Positions 1-8,843 of a stretch of 64,000 nucleotides of DNA are shown here, one piece after another. The stretch is from Planctomycetota bacterium. GTDB lineage: Bacteria; Planctomycetota; Phycisphaerae; WQYP01. How positions within the stretch are numbered: the first letter of the stretch is position 1; every line of letters begins with the position of its first letter. A program made the translations under genes and the position numbers. Location: NCBI GenBank assembly GCA_021851715.1, contig JAJZCR010000005.1:2329-66328 (forward strand), in the 5' to 3' direction. Under the pieces are notes generated by a model. That model worked only from the letters and a program-made list of their open reading frames with translations. It was not told where the DNA came from and made no database searches.

Positions 1-390
1 CCCGCCGCCAGCATGAATGGTCAGCGGCAGAGCAATGTAGTAGGCGACCAGGGTAAGCCCCAGGGCGATCAGCAAAGAAGATGGCACGCCAATGACCTGC
101 GAGAGCTCGCGCCGGGCTATCATCTCCTGCCGGGCGGTGCGTTTGAGCAGCAGGGGTATCAAGATGACCTTGGCGGCGATATAGATGCCCGCCGCGATAA
201 ACAAATCCGTGCTGTGATCGCGTATGCCCAGTAGCACCGCCGAGCAGGCCAGCAGCAACGATTGCAATACGTAAAAGCGTATGCAGCCGGTTACCTGAGC
301 CGCGGCGATGAGACCGAAGCTGCACAGCAGGAAAAATCCCGCCGTGAGTTGATTCAGCGCCGCGATCCAGGATATATCGGGATGAGCCAT
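1..390 (-). CDS. HyfE-like (hydrogenase-4 component E / NuoK-related) membrane subunit, first 130 codons; the gene continues beyond the left edge
   Basis: Not in the supplied ORF track because it is open at the window edge. My own reverse-complement translation from the ATG at 388-390 gives 130 stop-free codons: MAHPDISWIAALNQLTAGFFLLCSFGLIAAAQV..FYVLQSLLLACSAVLL..IAAKVILIPLLLKRTARQE.. It has three hydrophobic helices and a Y-x-QS / K-x4-P-L pattern like E. coli HyfE. It starts 11 nt after the stop of the NuoH/HycD-like gene. Confidence 0.5.
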   Translation of the reverse strand, partial: MAHPDISWIAALNQLTAGFFLLCSFGLIAAAQVTGCIRFYVLQSLLLACSAVLLGIRDHSTDLFIAAGIYIAAKVILIPLLLKRTARQEMIARRELSQVIGVPSSLLIALGLTLVAYYIALPLTIHAGGG

Positions 391-401
391 GGCCACAATC
401 C

Positions 402-1352
402 TTAAATGTGCATCATCCGGGCGAGCATGGCGGCCACAGCCACCACCAGAGCCAGCCCTAAAAAAGCGGTAATGCGAAACAGCCGCAGTTTGGCCAGCGA
501 GCTTTCGACCGCGGTAATCAGCATAATGGCCCCGAGAACTTTCAGCAGCACCAGAGGAATCGCCAGGACGACAGCGGCGGGCGCTTTTCCGGCGGCCAGC
601 CCCCAGGGCGCGATGAGCACGTTGAGGAACACGCACAAGAGCACAAAAAATTTCATGCAGCCGCCCCATTTCACCAGGGCCGCGCCGGCCCCGGAAAATT
701 CCAGCGATTTGGATTCATCGATCATCGCCAGTTCAAAGTGACCGGAGGGATTGTCCACCGGTATTTTGCCGGTTTCCGCCAGGATCAGCATGAAAAATGC
801 GATCGCGATGAGCACGTGCGACGGATCAAAAAAATTGGCGAAGGGATGAATCCAGGTTTGCTGGACGATGTAGGGAATGGTCGAATTGGCCACGAAACAC
901 ACCGTGAAAAATACCACCATGAACACCGGCTCGGCCAGAAAGCCAACCATGCGGGTGCGGCTGGCACCCATGGCACCGTAGGGATTGGCGCTATCCACCG
1001 CGGCCAGGGCCGCAAAAAAACCGGCCAGGGCCAGTATAAATCCCGCACCCAGCATGTCTCCCATGAACGCAAAAAACAGCGGATAACTGGTGAGCACCGG
1101 AATCAGCAGCGTTACCACGATTGGGGCGGCGAACACCAGGTACGGCGTGAGCCGGAAAATCCACGTGCTTTGATCGGAGAGCACCTGATCTTTACAAAAG
1201 AGCTTCCAGATGTCGCGGTACACCTGAAAGATGCTTGAACCGTGCTTGGATTGCACCCGCTCCTTGAGACGGTTGAGCACGCCCACCGCCAGCGGCGATG
1301 CCAGCAGCACCACCAGCACCTGCAGAAGATTATATAAAATCATCCGTAGCAT
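402..1352 (-). CDS. NuoH/HycD/HyfC-family membrane subunit of a group-4 (formate hydrogenlyase / Ech-like) hydrogenase
   Basis: Polytopic membrane ORF. The N-terminus 'MLRMILYNLLQVLVVLLASPLAVGVLNRLKERVQSKHGSSIFQVYRDIWKLFCKD' and the internal 'ETGKIPVDNPSGHFELAMIDES' match the HycD/NuoH pattern. I moved the start to the ATG at 1350-1352 (track start 1406). Confidence 0.75.
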   Translation of the reverse strand: MLRMILYNLLQVLVVLLASPLAVGVLNRLKERVQSKHGSSIFQVYRDIWKLFCKDQVLSDQSTWIFRLTPYLVFAAPIVVTLLIPVLTSYPLFFAFMGDMLGAGFILALAGFFAALAAVDSANPYGAMGASRTRMVGFLAEPVFMVVFFTVCFVANSTIPYIVQQTWIHPFANFFDPSHVLIAIAFFMLILAETGKIPVDNPSGHFELAMIDESKSLEFSGAGAALVKWGGCMKFFVLLCVFLNVLIAPWGLAAGKAPAAVVLAIPLVLLKVLGAIMLITAVESSLAKLRLFRITAFLGLALVVAVAAMLARMMHI

Positions 1353-1617
1353 TGCCGCAGTTCTCCATGACAACAGACCCGTCCGCCAATTCAGTCCGGC
1401 GACCACGGCGTTGTGACGCGAATCAGGGATTTTTGGGGTGCAGCCAGATCAGGTGGAATCAGCCCCGACCCGCAACCGTCAATTCCCGGCCATCAATACC
1501 TCAACACAGATTGCTTTAAATCCGCATCGCACGCATCGACACTCGCCAGGAGTCATTAGCCCTGAGTTCTCAGGGCGGTTACGGGAGGACTCCATCTCCT
1601 TAACTTGTCCTTGAAAT

Positions 1618-1646
1618 ACTCTAGAAGGTGGACCAGGATTTGTCAA
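1618..1646 (-). promoter_or_regulatory. Sigma-70-like promoter candidate for the hydrogenase operon (TTGACA-N17-TAGAGT)
   Basis: The minus strand reads TTGACA (1646-1641), a 17-nt spacer, then TAGAGT (1623-1618). This would give a leader of about 255 nt before the ATG at 1352. Confidence 0.35.
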
Positions 1647-2305
1647 ATTGGCGTTTCGTTTTTGTCCGAAATGACAACAAAGGCCTTGCGGGAAGTTTTC
1701 CCTCAGGTCAAAGCGATCCCATCCCCAGCCTTCCGCGACTACGGCTGTGCCCTCAAGGTTCAGGTCATCGGGTGTTCACTTCAGCGATGTTGCGGGTATT
1801 GCTCCACCCTGATTTGGCAACGGCGATCAATTTCGGTTGGCGGCGAGAACTGCGCCTGAGGCAGCAGACTGCAGCAGGCTGGACAGACCTTCGATGGCGC
1901 CGCACGGAAATGGTGGCCGGGCGGCAAGTCGCGGTTGAAGTTGCAACGTCAGCCCCCGGCACCATGCGTAAGGCAAATGCCGAATCGGTAAGCGTTATTC
2001 GCAAAGAGGCTGACATGAACCGTTACTCCGGTCTTTCCAGCAAAATTTGTACACCGATCCCTGGCCTCTAAACAGAGCCTCCATGCCGGGATAGTGCATT
2101 TGTCGGACGATTGCCGCCCCGGCAATAAAAGAATCTCTACACGTCCGATTAAATCGAGATTGTGGCGCTATTGGCCGAGGGCCACATTCGTGACCGGACG
2201 GGCTGCGGGCGGCCGCCCGCCGTTGGCTTGAGCTAACCGGCGTGGCGGAATCTCGGGTATAATTGATACATAAGCAAAGGGACAGTTTCAGGCGGATGTG
2301 CAACG

Positions 2306-5300
2306 ATGGCCCGCAATTCCAATCCAGCAACGACCGGGCAGATACCCGATGATTTGCGTGAATCGCTGCAAGGCGTGGCGAAGCGCCATCGCACGGTGCG
2401 TAGCAGCCTGGCGGCGTTGCGGGTGCTCTTCGTGAGTTTGGCGGTCGGCTTGGTTGCGGTTCTCCTGCTGGGGGAATTTACGCAAATGCCCTTGACGCTG
2501 CGCTGGGTGCTGGCCCTGCTGGTGTGGGTGGTGCCGGCGGGGTTATGTCTGCATGTGCTTATTCCAGCGCTGCGGCGGGTGAACATGCAGGTGGCTGCAG
2601 ATACCATGGATGCGATAAGGCCGCAGTCTCATGAGCTTTTTCTGAGTGCCGTAGAATTTGCTCAAAAACGACAGGACCCATTCGTGGGATCGCCGCAACT
2701 GGTCAACCACGTTATTAACCGGGCGGCCGATGATGCGCACGCTGTGGATCCTGGGCAAGCGGTTTCCGCGGATAAATTGATACGCTGGGCCTTTCTCTGT
2801 GCCCCGCTGGTGCTGATCTGGGCCATCCTTTGGCCACTGATGCCGCAAACATTAACCTTGGGCGTGCAAAGGACGGTGTTCCCCTGGATGGTGGCTACCG
2901 CACCGCCAATGACTGGGCCGCGGCATTCGATCAAGGTGGAACAAGGGCCGGCCATTACTTTCTTCGAGAAGCGGTATATTTTTCCAGCGTATACCGGGCT
3001 ACCGGAGAAAACTGTTCGTGGCCACAACGGAGCGATCCACGGGCTGTCCGGTTCACGTGTCCAGGTGATTATCCATACCACCGAGCCGTTGGCAGTAGGC
3101 AGCCGGCTGGTGGTAAACCCAAGTGGAGGTCAACCGGACACGCTGCCGCTGACGCGTTATGGTCCGCTGGCGTATGCGGCGAAGCTGATGTTGACGCACA
3201 ACGCCACTTATGCGGCAGTGCTGGTGAATCAACTTGGCGTCCAAATGGCCGGGAAGCAGGTGTGGCCGGTGACGGTAGATGCGGTTCCGCCGCCGACGAT
3301 CCATATTCTCACCCCCGCTTTAACCGTGCGGGTAAGGCCTGATGATTTGGTGCCGGTGCAATTCATCGCCACCGACATCTATGGACTTTCGGCCATCCGG
3401 GCTTTGCTCTGGACAGGTAATTCTGCCGTACGAACCGTGAATATCGCCCTGCCGGGCACGCCAGGCAAGGTGATTCAAAGCAATTGGACAATTTCGGTGC
3501 CACAGCAACTGCAAGCTGCCGGCCGGACCGATGCCCACACGATTTATTATAAACTTGAGGCCTTGGATTGCGCCCAGCCACAGGCCCATATTGCCATGAC
3601 CGCCCGGCATGAGCTAATCGTGGATACCCACTTGCAGCACAGCTATCAAACCCGGCAGGATAACAAATTATGGATGTCGTTGCGGCAAGCAATTTTGCAG
3701 GCGTTAATCGCGGTAAAAGCGGGCCGTGCCCAGGCCCGGGCTTTAGTCCGCTGGCCCGCATACATGGCGGTTGATCCGTTACGCAAGGCGGCGGTGGCCG
3801 GTGTGGCGGTGCGAGTGGTGCGGACGGGTCGAACGCTGGCAAACCAGGCCAAGACCATGTTGGAGACTGATTTTGGTGCGGTAGCAGCGCGTGCTATTGG
3901 CATTGCCCACGGTCCGATGCACGTGGCCGCCAATGATCTGGCGCGAACCGGGCTGGCGGCGGATCAAGCCGGGGGCACCCGCATGCCTCGATTGGCCCGG
4001 GCCAGCACGGTGGCACTCCAGCGGACACAAGCGTCACTGCGACGGCTGCTGCACGCCCTGGACCAAGCCAAGACTCGTGAGGCTTTGAAAAATTTACTAA
4101 CCCGGTTGGCCCGGCGACAGCGTTCCATCGCCCAGAGGCTATTGGACGGCAGTTCCCCTCACCATGCTTACCACGACCAGCAGGCCCTGGCCCAACAATT
4201 GCAGCAACTGCTGCGGCAACATCCCTCACTGCAGAATCCCGTCGCGCAGCAAATGACGGGACAAATCAACCAGTTAGCCAAAAAAATAGCTTCCATTGCC
4301 GCCCGGCAGGCGGCAGAGGATATGGATTTACATCCCAATCTTCTTCGACAAGCCCAGCAGACTGCGTTGGGGCATCTGGCCAACCAGCAGCAACTTTTGA
4401 ACCGACAAATAACACGTTTCAACCAACGCTATAAACCGGCGATTGCCACAGCGGCAGCGCAGCCGGTTACCGCAGCGATGATGCAAACCGTAAGTCACGC
4501 TCTGAACAGCCCCGGCGATGCCGCCGTGGCCCGGGAAGGGCGCAACAACATCGTGAAAACCCTGCGGTCTATGGCCAGGCAATTAGACCGGTATGCCAGT
4601 CAGGCGGATACGCCTGCGGCCAGGCAACAGTCCCGTCAAGTGGAGCATAATCAAGTAACCGCGGATCAACTTTCGCGACAGGTTCAGGCCGCCGCAGCCA
4701 CTCTACAACAAGGAGAATCAACAAACGCTCTGCATCGCGCTGTGCGGGCAGCGGATGCCATTGGGCGGCAGGTGCGTAACATGCTCAATGAAAACCCTGT
4801 GGACCAGGAGCGGGCTGATTTGCTGCAAGCCCGGGCCGATGCCAGGCATGCTGTAGAACAAACCATGCATGGATCCGGCAATGCCGCGGAGAGTTTATTA
4901 AAACAGGCTTATCACCAATTGGCGAAGGCCATACGGGAACAGGTAGCGCAGCTCGAATCGCAGCGGAGTTTGGCTCAGCAGGCAACCGCGGCAGCCATGC
5001 AGGCCCGAACCCTGGCTAGTCGGCAGGCCGCCCTGGCCACACAGACGGCCAAGGCCCATAAAACACCGACTCCGCAGGCGATCTCAAGCGCCCAGCACCA
5101 AACCGCCAATGCCATTGCAGAGGCCATTGCCCGGGAACGGAAATTACAACAGGAGGCCATGGCCGGTGCCCCGAATGTGGCCCAGCACCTGAAAGCAGCT
5201 CTGACCCAAATGCAGAGAGCCAACACGGCACAGGCTCAGGCAGCCGCGGACCAATCCGCCCATGATCAGGCAGGCTCGCAGGCCAATCAAGGCCGGGCCT

Positions 5301-5968
5301 TGGCCCAGATGCGTATGGCCGGCCGGGAAATTGCGGCGTTGGAGCATTTCGGGAGGATGAATACTTCCTCGCAACGCCCGGCCGGAGCGGATGGCAGCAA
5401 AGCCGGCAATTGGGCGGCCAGACCAACCGAGTCCTCTCAAGCAGGCCCACCAGGGGCGAACAGTTCATCCGCCGATGCCGGTCAAAGCCGTGCCAGCCAG
5501 GCATCTTTGGGCACCATGGCTGCGGTAGCCAGACACGTACAGGCTGCAGTGGCAAGCCAGCAACAGGCGCTCACCGGCAGTGCCGGAGCCGCAGCTTCAG
5601 CGGCGCAATCGCTGACGATGGCCTCGGCGACGTTGGCGGGTGCACTGGCCGGCCAGCCATCGGCCATGCCGAACAGCCATGGTGGAAATCCAGGAGCCGG
5701 CAGCGCCGAGCCCTCTGCCGGCCAACCGGGCAGTGAAGGAACGGGCATCTCCGGACCAATGCCGGACACTTGGGCCGTACCCCCGCAGGTAACAGCATTG
5801 GGCATCAGTCCGGCGGAATGGGAACACCTTGGACCGCTGCAACAACTGCGACTGCTGAATATTGCCAGGCAAAAGCTGCCGTCCGGCTATCGCCGAATTA
5901 TTCGCGATTATTATTTGCGCATCGCCGCCTTGCCTCCATCATCGCACCCTCATGGGAAAGAAAATTAA
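2306..5968 (+). CDS. Giant membrane-anchored Gln/Ala-rich protein (DUF4175-like architecture, unverified)
   Basis: 1220-aa ORF with a TATAAT at 2258-2263 upstream. N-terminal TM helices (LFVSLAVGLVAVLLL, WVLALLVWVVPAGLCLHVLI, WAFLCAPLVLIWAILW). A Q/A-rich low-complexity or coiled-coil core of about 600 aa, then a P/G/S-rich linker, then the tail 'LPSGYRRIIRDYYLRIA'. Confidence 0.6.
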   Translation: MARNSNPATTGQIPDDLRESLQGVAKRHRTVRSSLAALRVLFVSLAVGLVAVLLLGEFTQMPLTLRWVLALLVWVVPAGLCLHVLIPALRRVNMQVAADTMDAIRPQSHELFLSAVEFAQKRQDPFVGSPQLVNHVINRAADDAHAVDPGQAVSADKLIRWAFLCAPLVLIWAILWPLMPQTLTLGVQRTVFPWMVATAPPMTGPRHSIKVEQGPAITFFEKRYIFPAYTGLPEKTVRGHNGAIHGLSGSRVQVIIHTTEPLAVGSRLVVNPSGGQPDTLPLTRYGPLAYAAKLMLTHNATYAAVLVNQLGVQMAGKQVWPVTVDAVPPPTIHILTPALTVRVRPDDLVPVQFIATDIYGLSAIRALLWTGNSAVRTVNIALPGTPGKVIQSNWTISVPQQLQAAGRTDAHTIYYKLEALDCAQPQAHIAMTARHELIVDTHLQHSYQTRQDNKLWMSLRQAILQALIAVKAGRAQARALVRWPAYMAVDPLRKAAVAGVAVRVVRTGRTLANQAKTMLETDFGAVAARAIGIAHGPMHVAANDLARTGLAADQAGGTRMPRLARASTVALQRTQASLRRLLHALDQAKTREALKNLLTRLARRQRSIAQRLLDGSSPHHAYHDQQALAQQLQQLLRQHPSLQNPVAQQMTGQINQLAKKIASIAARQAAEDMDLHPNLLRQAQQTALGHLANQQQLLNRQITRFNQRYKPAIATAAAQPVTAAMMQTVSHALNSPGDAAVAREGRNNIVKTLRSMARQLDRYASQADTPAARQQSRQVEHNQVTADQLSRQVQAAAATLQQGESTNALHRAVRAADAIGRQVRNMLNENPVDQERADLLQARADARHAVEQTMHGSGNAAESLLKQAYHQLAKAIREQVAQLESQRSLAQQATAAAMQARTLASRQAALATQTAKAHKTPTPQAISSAQHQTANAIAEAIARERKLQQEAMAGAPNVAQHLKAALTQMQRANTAQAQAAADQSAHDQAGSQANQGRALAQMRMAGREIAALEHFGRMNTSSQRPAGADGSKAGNWAARPTESSQAGPPGANSSSADAGQSRASQASLGTMAAVARHVQAAVASQQQALTGSAGAAASAAQSLTMASATLAGALAGQPSAMPNSHGGNPGAGSAEPSAGQPGSEGTGISGPMPDTWAVPPQVTALGISPAEWEHLGPLQQLRLLNIARQKLPSGYRRIIRDYYLRIAALPPSSHPHGKEN

Positions 5969-6049
5969 GCCGCCCCGCGAACATTTTGGCATCAGTCAAA
6001 ACATCCGCGTCATCATGGAATGGGTTCACTTATATTTAATCGAGATGCT

Positions 6050-6556
6050 TTAATCATCGGCGGGGCCGGGCACCAGCTTAGCCGCTTCCCGCATGGCTTT
6101 TTCCACATCACTGAAAATGCGGTTTTCCAACTCGGTTATTTTTTCGATGCGACGGGTATGGCGGCCTTGTTCAAATTCGGCCACCAGCCAGGCCTTTACA
6201 ATTCGCCGGATCAATTCTTCACCGAGAAGATCAGCGGCAAGGCAAAGCACATTGGCATCGTTGTAACGGCGGGAGACTTCTGCGGTTAATTCATCATGGC
6301 AGGTGGCGGCGCGAATGCCCGGAATTTTGTTGGCAACAATGGCCATGCCGATGCCGCTGCCATCAATGAGAATAGCCCGCTGGGCGCGGCCCTGCACCAC
6401 CGCCAGCGAAGCGGGAATGGCGTAATCGGGGTAATCACAGGGTTTAGTGGCATCGGTTCCGAAGTCCAGCACTTCATGGCCCGCATGGCGAAGCTGGGCA
6501 AGCAGATGGTCGCGGTTGTGTACGCCACGATGATCAAAGGCGACAGCTATATTCAT
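6050..6556 (-). CDS. rpiB: Ribose-5-phosphate isomerase B (RpiB/LacAB family)
   Basis: Motifs 'MNIAVAFDHRG', 'ILIDGSGIGMAIVANKIPGIRAA' and 'RRYNDANVLCL' are typical RpiB. The start overlaps the upstream gene stop by 4 nt. Confidence 0.9.
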   Translation of the reverse strand: MNIAVAFDHRGVHNRDHLLAQLRHAGHEVLDFGTDATKPCDYPDYAIPASLAVVQGRAQRAILIDGSGIGMAIVANKIPGIRAATCHDELTAEVSRRYNDANVLCLAADLLGEELIRRIVKAWLVAEFEQGRHTRRIEKITELENRIFSDVEKAMREAAKLVPGPADD

Positions 6557-7671
6557 GGGACTATTCCACTCAGGCGTTGCGCAATCAAAGCTTCCAGACG
6601 TTTGGCAAGCTCACGATATCGGCCCACCTCTGAACCGATCGGGTCGGCAATATCCGCATCAGGATCCAGCGTGAACGTTTTATCCGCTACTGCGGGGTAA
6701 CGTTCCAGAAGTTCGTCCCGATGCGATTGTGTCATTGTATAAATCACATCCGCCCGCTGCAACAAGTCCACAGTCACGGCCCGCGACCGGTGGGTGGTCA
6801 AGTCGGCACCTCGTTCCCGGGCGGCGGTACGGGCTTCGGTGGTGGCGGGCATACCGTCAGTCGCATGCAGCCCCGCGGATTCCACCACCACGTGGTGCTG
6901 CGGCAGCGCCGCCGGCGCTATGCCCAGTTTCCGCGCCAGCCAGGCACCGGCAATGGCCGCAGCCATCGGCGAGCGACACGTATTACCGGTGCAGATAAAA
7001 ACGATGACCTCCTCGGCCAGGCGGTTGATGATGCGTTCCTCAATCACGCCTGGGCGGACGATTTGCAATTGATCCCCTGCCACGCGGACGATCGTGGAGG
7101 ACTTGCGGTAGCGCGCCGGGCCGGCATCCACCACGGCATCAAGTTGGTCCAGAATGCGAGCGGGGATATCACCCACTTCGCCCGCCGGCTGAAGTTCGCC
7201 GGCCCCTATCATGGCGGTGGGACCGGGCAGATCGGCGAGAATTTCCCTTGTCACCGGCTGGTCTGGACAGCGGAAGGTGATCCAGCCATCGCTGATGATT
7301 TCACCGGCCACTGCGGGTTCAATCAACATGCCCAGGGAGGATTGTTCCCCAGCGGACGCCCGCATCTGTATGGCCACGGGCCCGGGCCAGCATTTTTTCA
7401 TGATGCGCGCCGCCATGGTGGGCATCTCCCGAATATACAATCGCGCTTGCGACGCCTGAGCCACGTGAATCACCCAGCCGGGGTGACCGCGGATATTTTT
7501 TATTTTTTTAAGTCGTTCGATGGCCGGTGGCTGGGTCAGCCAGGCGGCCAGGCCATAGACCGTTTCCATCGGCAGGCCGACAATGCCGCCGCGGGTCAGC
7601 ACATCCACCGCTTTCATGACTGCCTTTCGCTGATCAGATGGAGAACCAGTGGTCAAAAGGACAGGCGACAT
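6553..7671 (-). CDS. Fusion protein: YrdC/Sua5-type L-threonylcarbamoyladenylate synthase domain plus low-molecular-weight protein phosphatase domain
   Basis: The N-terminal half has 'GGIVGLPMETVYGLAA' and 'SSTIVRV' (YrdC fold). The C-terminal half has the CX5R(S/T) P-loop 'FICTGNTCRSPMAAA' and a 'DPDADIADPIG' Asp loop (LMW-PTP / arginine phosphatase family). Confidence 0.85.
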   Translation of the reverse strand: MSPVLLTTGSPSDQRKAVMKAVDVLTRGGIVGLPMETVYGLAAWLTQPPAIERLKKIKNIRGHPGWVIHVAQASQARLYIREMPTMAARIMKKCWPGPVAIQMRASAGEQSSLGMLIEPAVAGEIISDGWITFRCPDQPVTREILADLPGPTAMIGAGELQPAGEVGDIPARILDQLDAVVDAGPARYRKSSTIVRVAGDQLQIVRPGVIEERIINRLAEEVIVFICTGNTCRSPMAAAIAGAWLARKLGIAPAALPQHHVVVESAGLHATDGMPATTEARTAARERGADLTTHRSRAVTVDLLQRADVIYTMTQSHRDELLERYPAVADKTFTLDPDADIADPIGSEVGRYRELAKRLEALIAQRLSGIVP

Positions 7672-7708
7672 GGATGCTCCAATTCAGGCGACCACCGGTG
7701 AAGCAGAA

Positions 7709-8536
7709 TTATTTTTTGTCCGCATAAAATGTATTGTAAAACAGCGCGTGATTGTTTTTTATCCACAGCGCCAAGTCCGTCCCCAATATCTGATTATAGT
7801 CCAACGGCACCGGTTCAATCTTGGAGCGAATATTATGATCTCCATATTGGGTATGATAGGCATCATTTTCCTTGGTGGACTGTTCAATATGGTTAAAATC
7901 GTGCTGGAAATAGGGTTCTTCCAGATAAGCGTATACGCGGCGAAGAACCTCTTCCGGATGAGTGGTTAAATCTTCAAACCGTACCACATGCATGGTTTTA
8001 ATAACGCCGGTCTGAATGGATTCGACCAGTCGGGCCACGGCAATGCCCACGGGCGGTCCGTTGAGCCAGCGCATGACGCGGTTGTTGATGGTAACCATGG
8101 TAAGTGTACCGGTTACTTCATCGGCATCGGAGAAGTGGCGTTTTTTTCGGAAGAGTTTTTCCATGGAGGCAAGAATGGCCCGGAGATCGCGGATACAGAC
8201 CAGATACTTGGGATTGGGATGAAATTGGTTGACCCACTCATGGAAGTGAAACCAACTGCGGCATTTGTCCACGCAGACGGGTTTATCGGTAACACCGTCA
8301 AAAAAACCGTTGAGGCCGTATTTGCAATAGCTGATGAAAGCTTTATGCATAAGCTCCGGATCCTGGGCTTTGAATTCCGCCAATTCTGTATAAAACTTGC
8401 GGGATGCCAGTAATAAATCAATAACTCCACTGGTGGGGGTACAGTAAAAGCGCGGATTCTGGGCGAGAATGTTTTGCAGCAATGTGGACCCGGATCGCGG
8501 TAAAGAAGCGTTGAAAACAATCTTTTTGTCGAACAT
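7709..8536 (-). CDS. PAPS-dependent sulfotransferase family protein
   Basis: 5'-PSB motif 'LPRSGSTLLQNIL' right after the N-terminus. I moved the start to the ATG at 8534-8536, which is preceded by GGAGAA (track start 8788). Confidence 0.75.
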   Translation of the reverse strand: MFDKKIVFNASLPRSGSTLLQNILAQNPRFYCTPTSGVIDLLLASRKFYTELAEFKAQDPELMHKAFISYCKYGLNGFFDGVTDKPVCVDKCRSWFHFHEWVNQFHPNPKYLVCIRDLRAILASMEKLFRKKRHFSDADEVTGTLTMVTINNRVMRWLNGPPVGIAVARLVESIQTGVIKTMHVVRFEDLTTHPEEVLRRVYAYLEEPYFQHDFNHIEQSTKENDAYHTQYGDHNIRSKIEPVPLDYNQILGTDLALWIKNNHALFYNTFYADKK

Positions 8537-8843
8537 CAAGGTTCTCCTGCCGGACCTGCGAAAAATGTCTACCTCGCGTCCTGATGCGCATCGAAAAATT
8601 CTCCGCAGACATCTTGGAACAACCGTAGTATAACCCACGGGCGATTTTTTTTCATCTGTGCCGGCCGGGTAAACGGGGAAAGCCGTCCTCGTGGCGCTGG
8701 TGTATGGCTGCACCCGGGGCCGGTATCTCGCATCCGGACCGACGTTGAGTATACTTAGGCAGAACTCGGTGGCGGCCGATTCGGTCACCAGGCGGGTTTG
8801 TTGGAACGGGTGACGCTTGTTTCACCCTCTGATTGAGGTATGC

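Noticed and set aside
8783-8827. Two mutually exclusive 6-bp hairpins (GTCACC/GGTGAC and GGGTGA/TCACCC) just upstream of the first KS gene, which look attenuator-like.
   Set aside because: The stems are short enough to occur by chance, there is no leader peptide or U-tract, and the SD is not sequestered. The evidence is insufficient.
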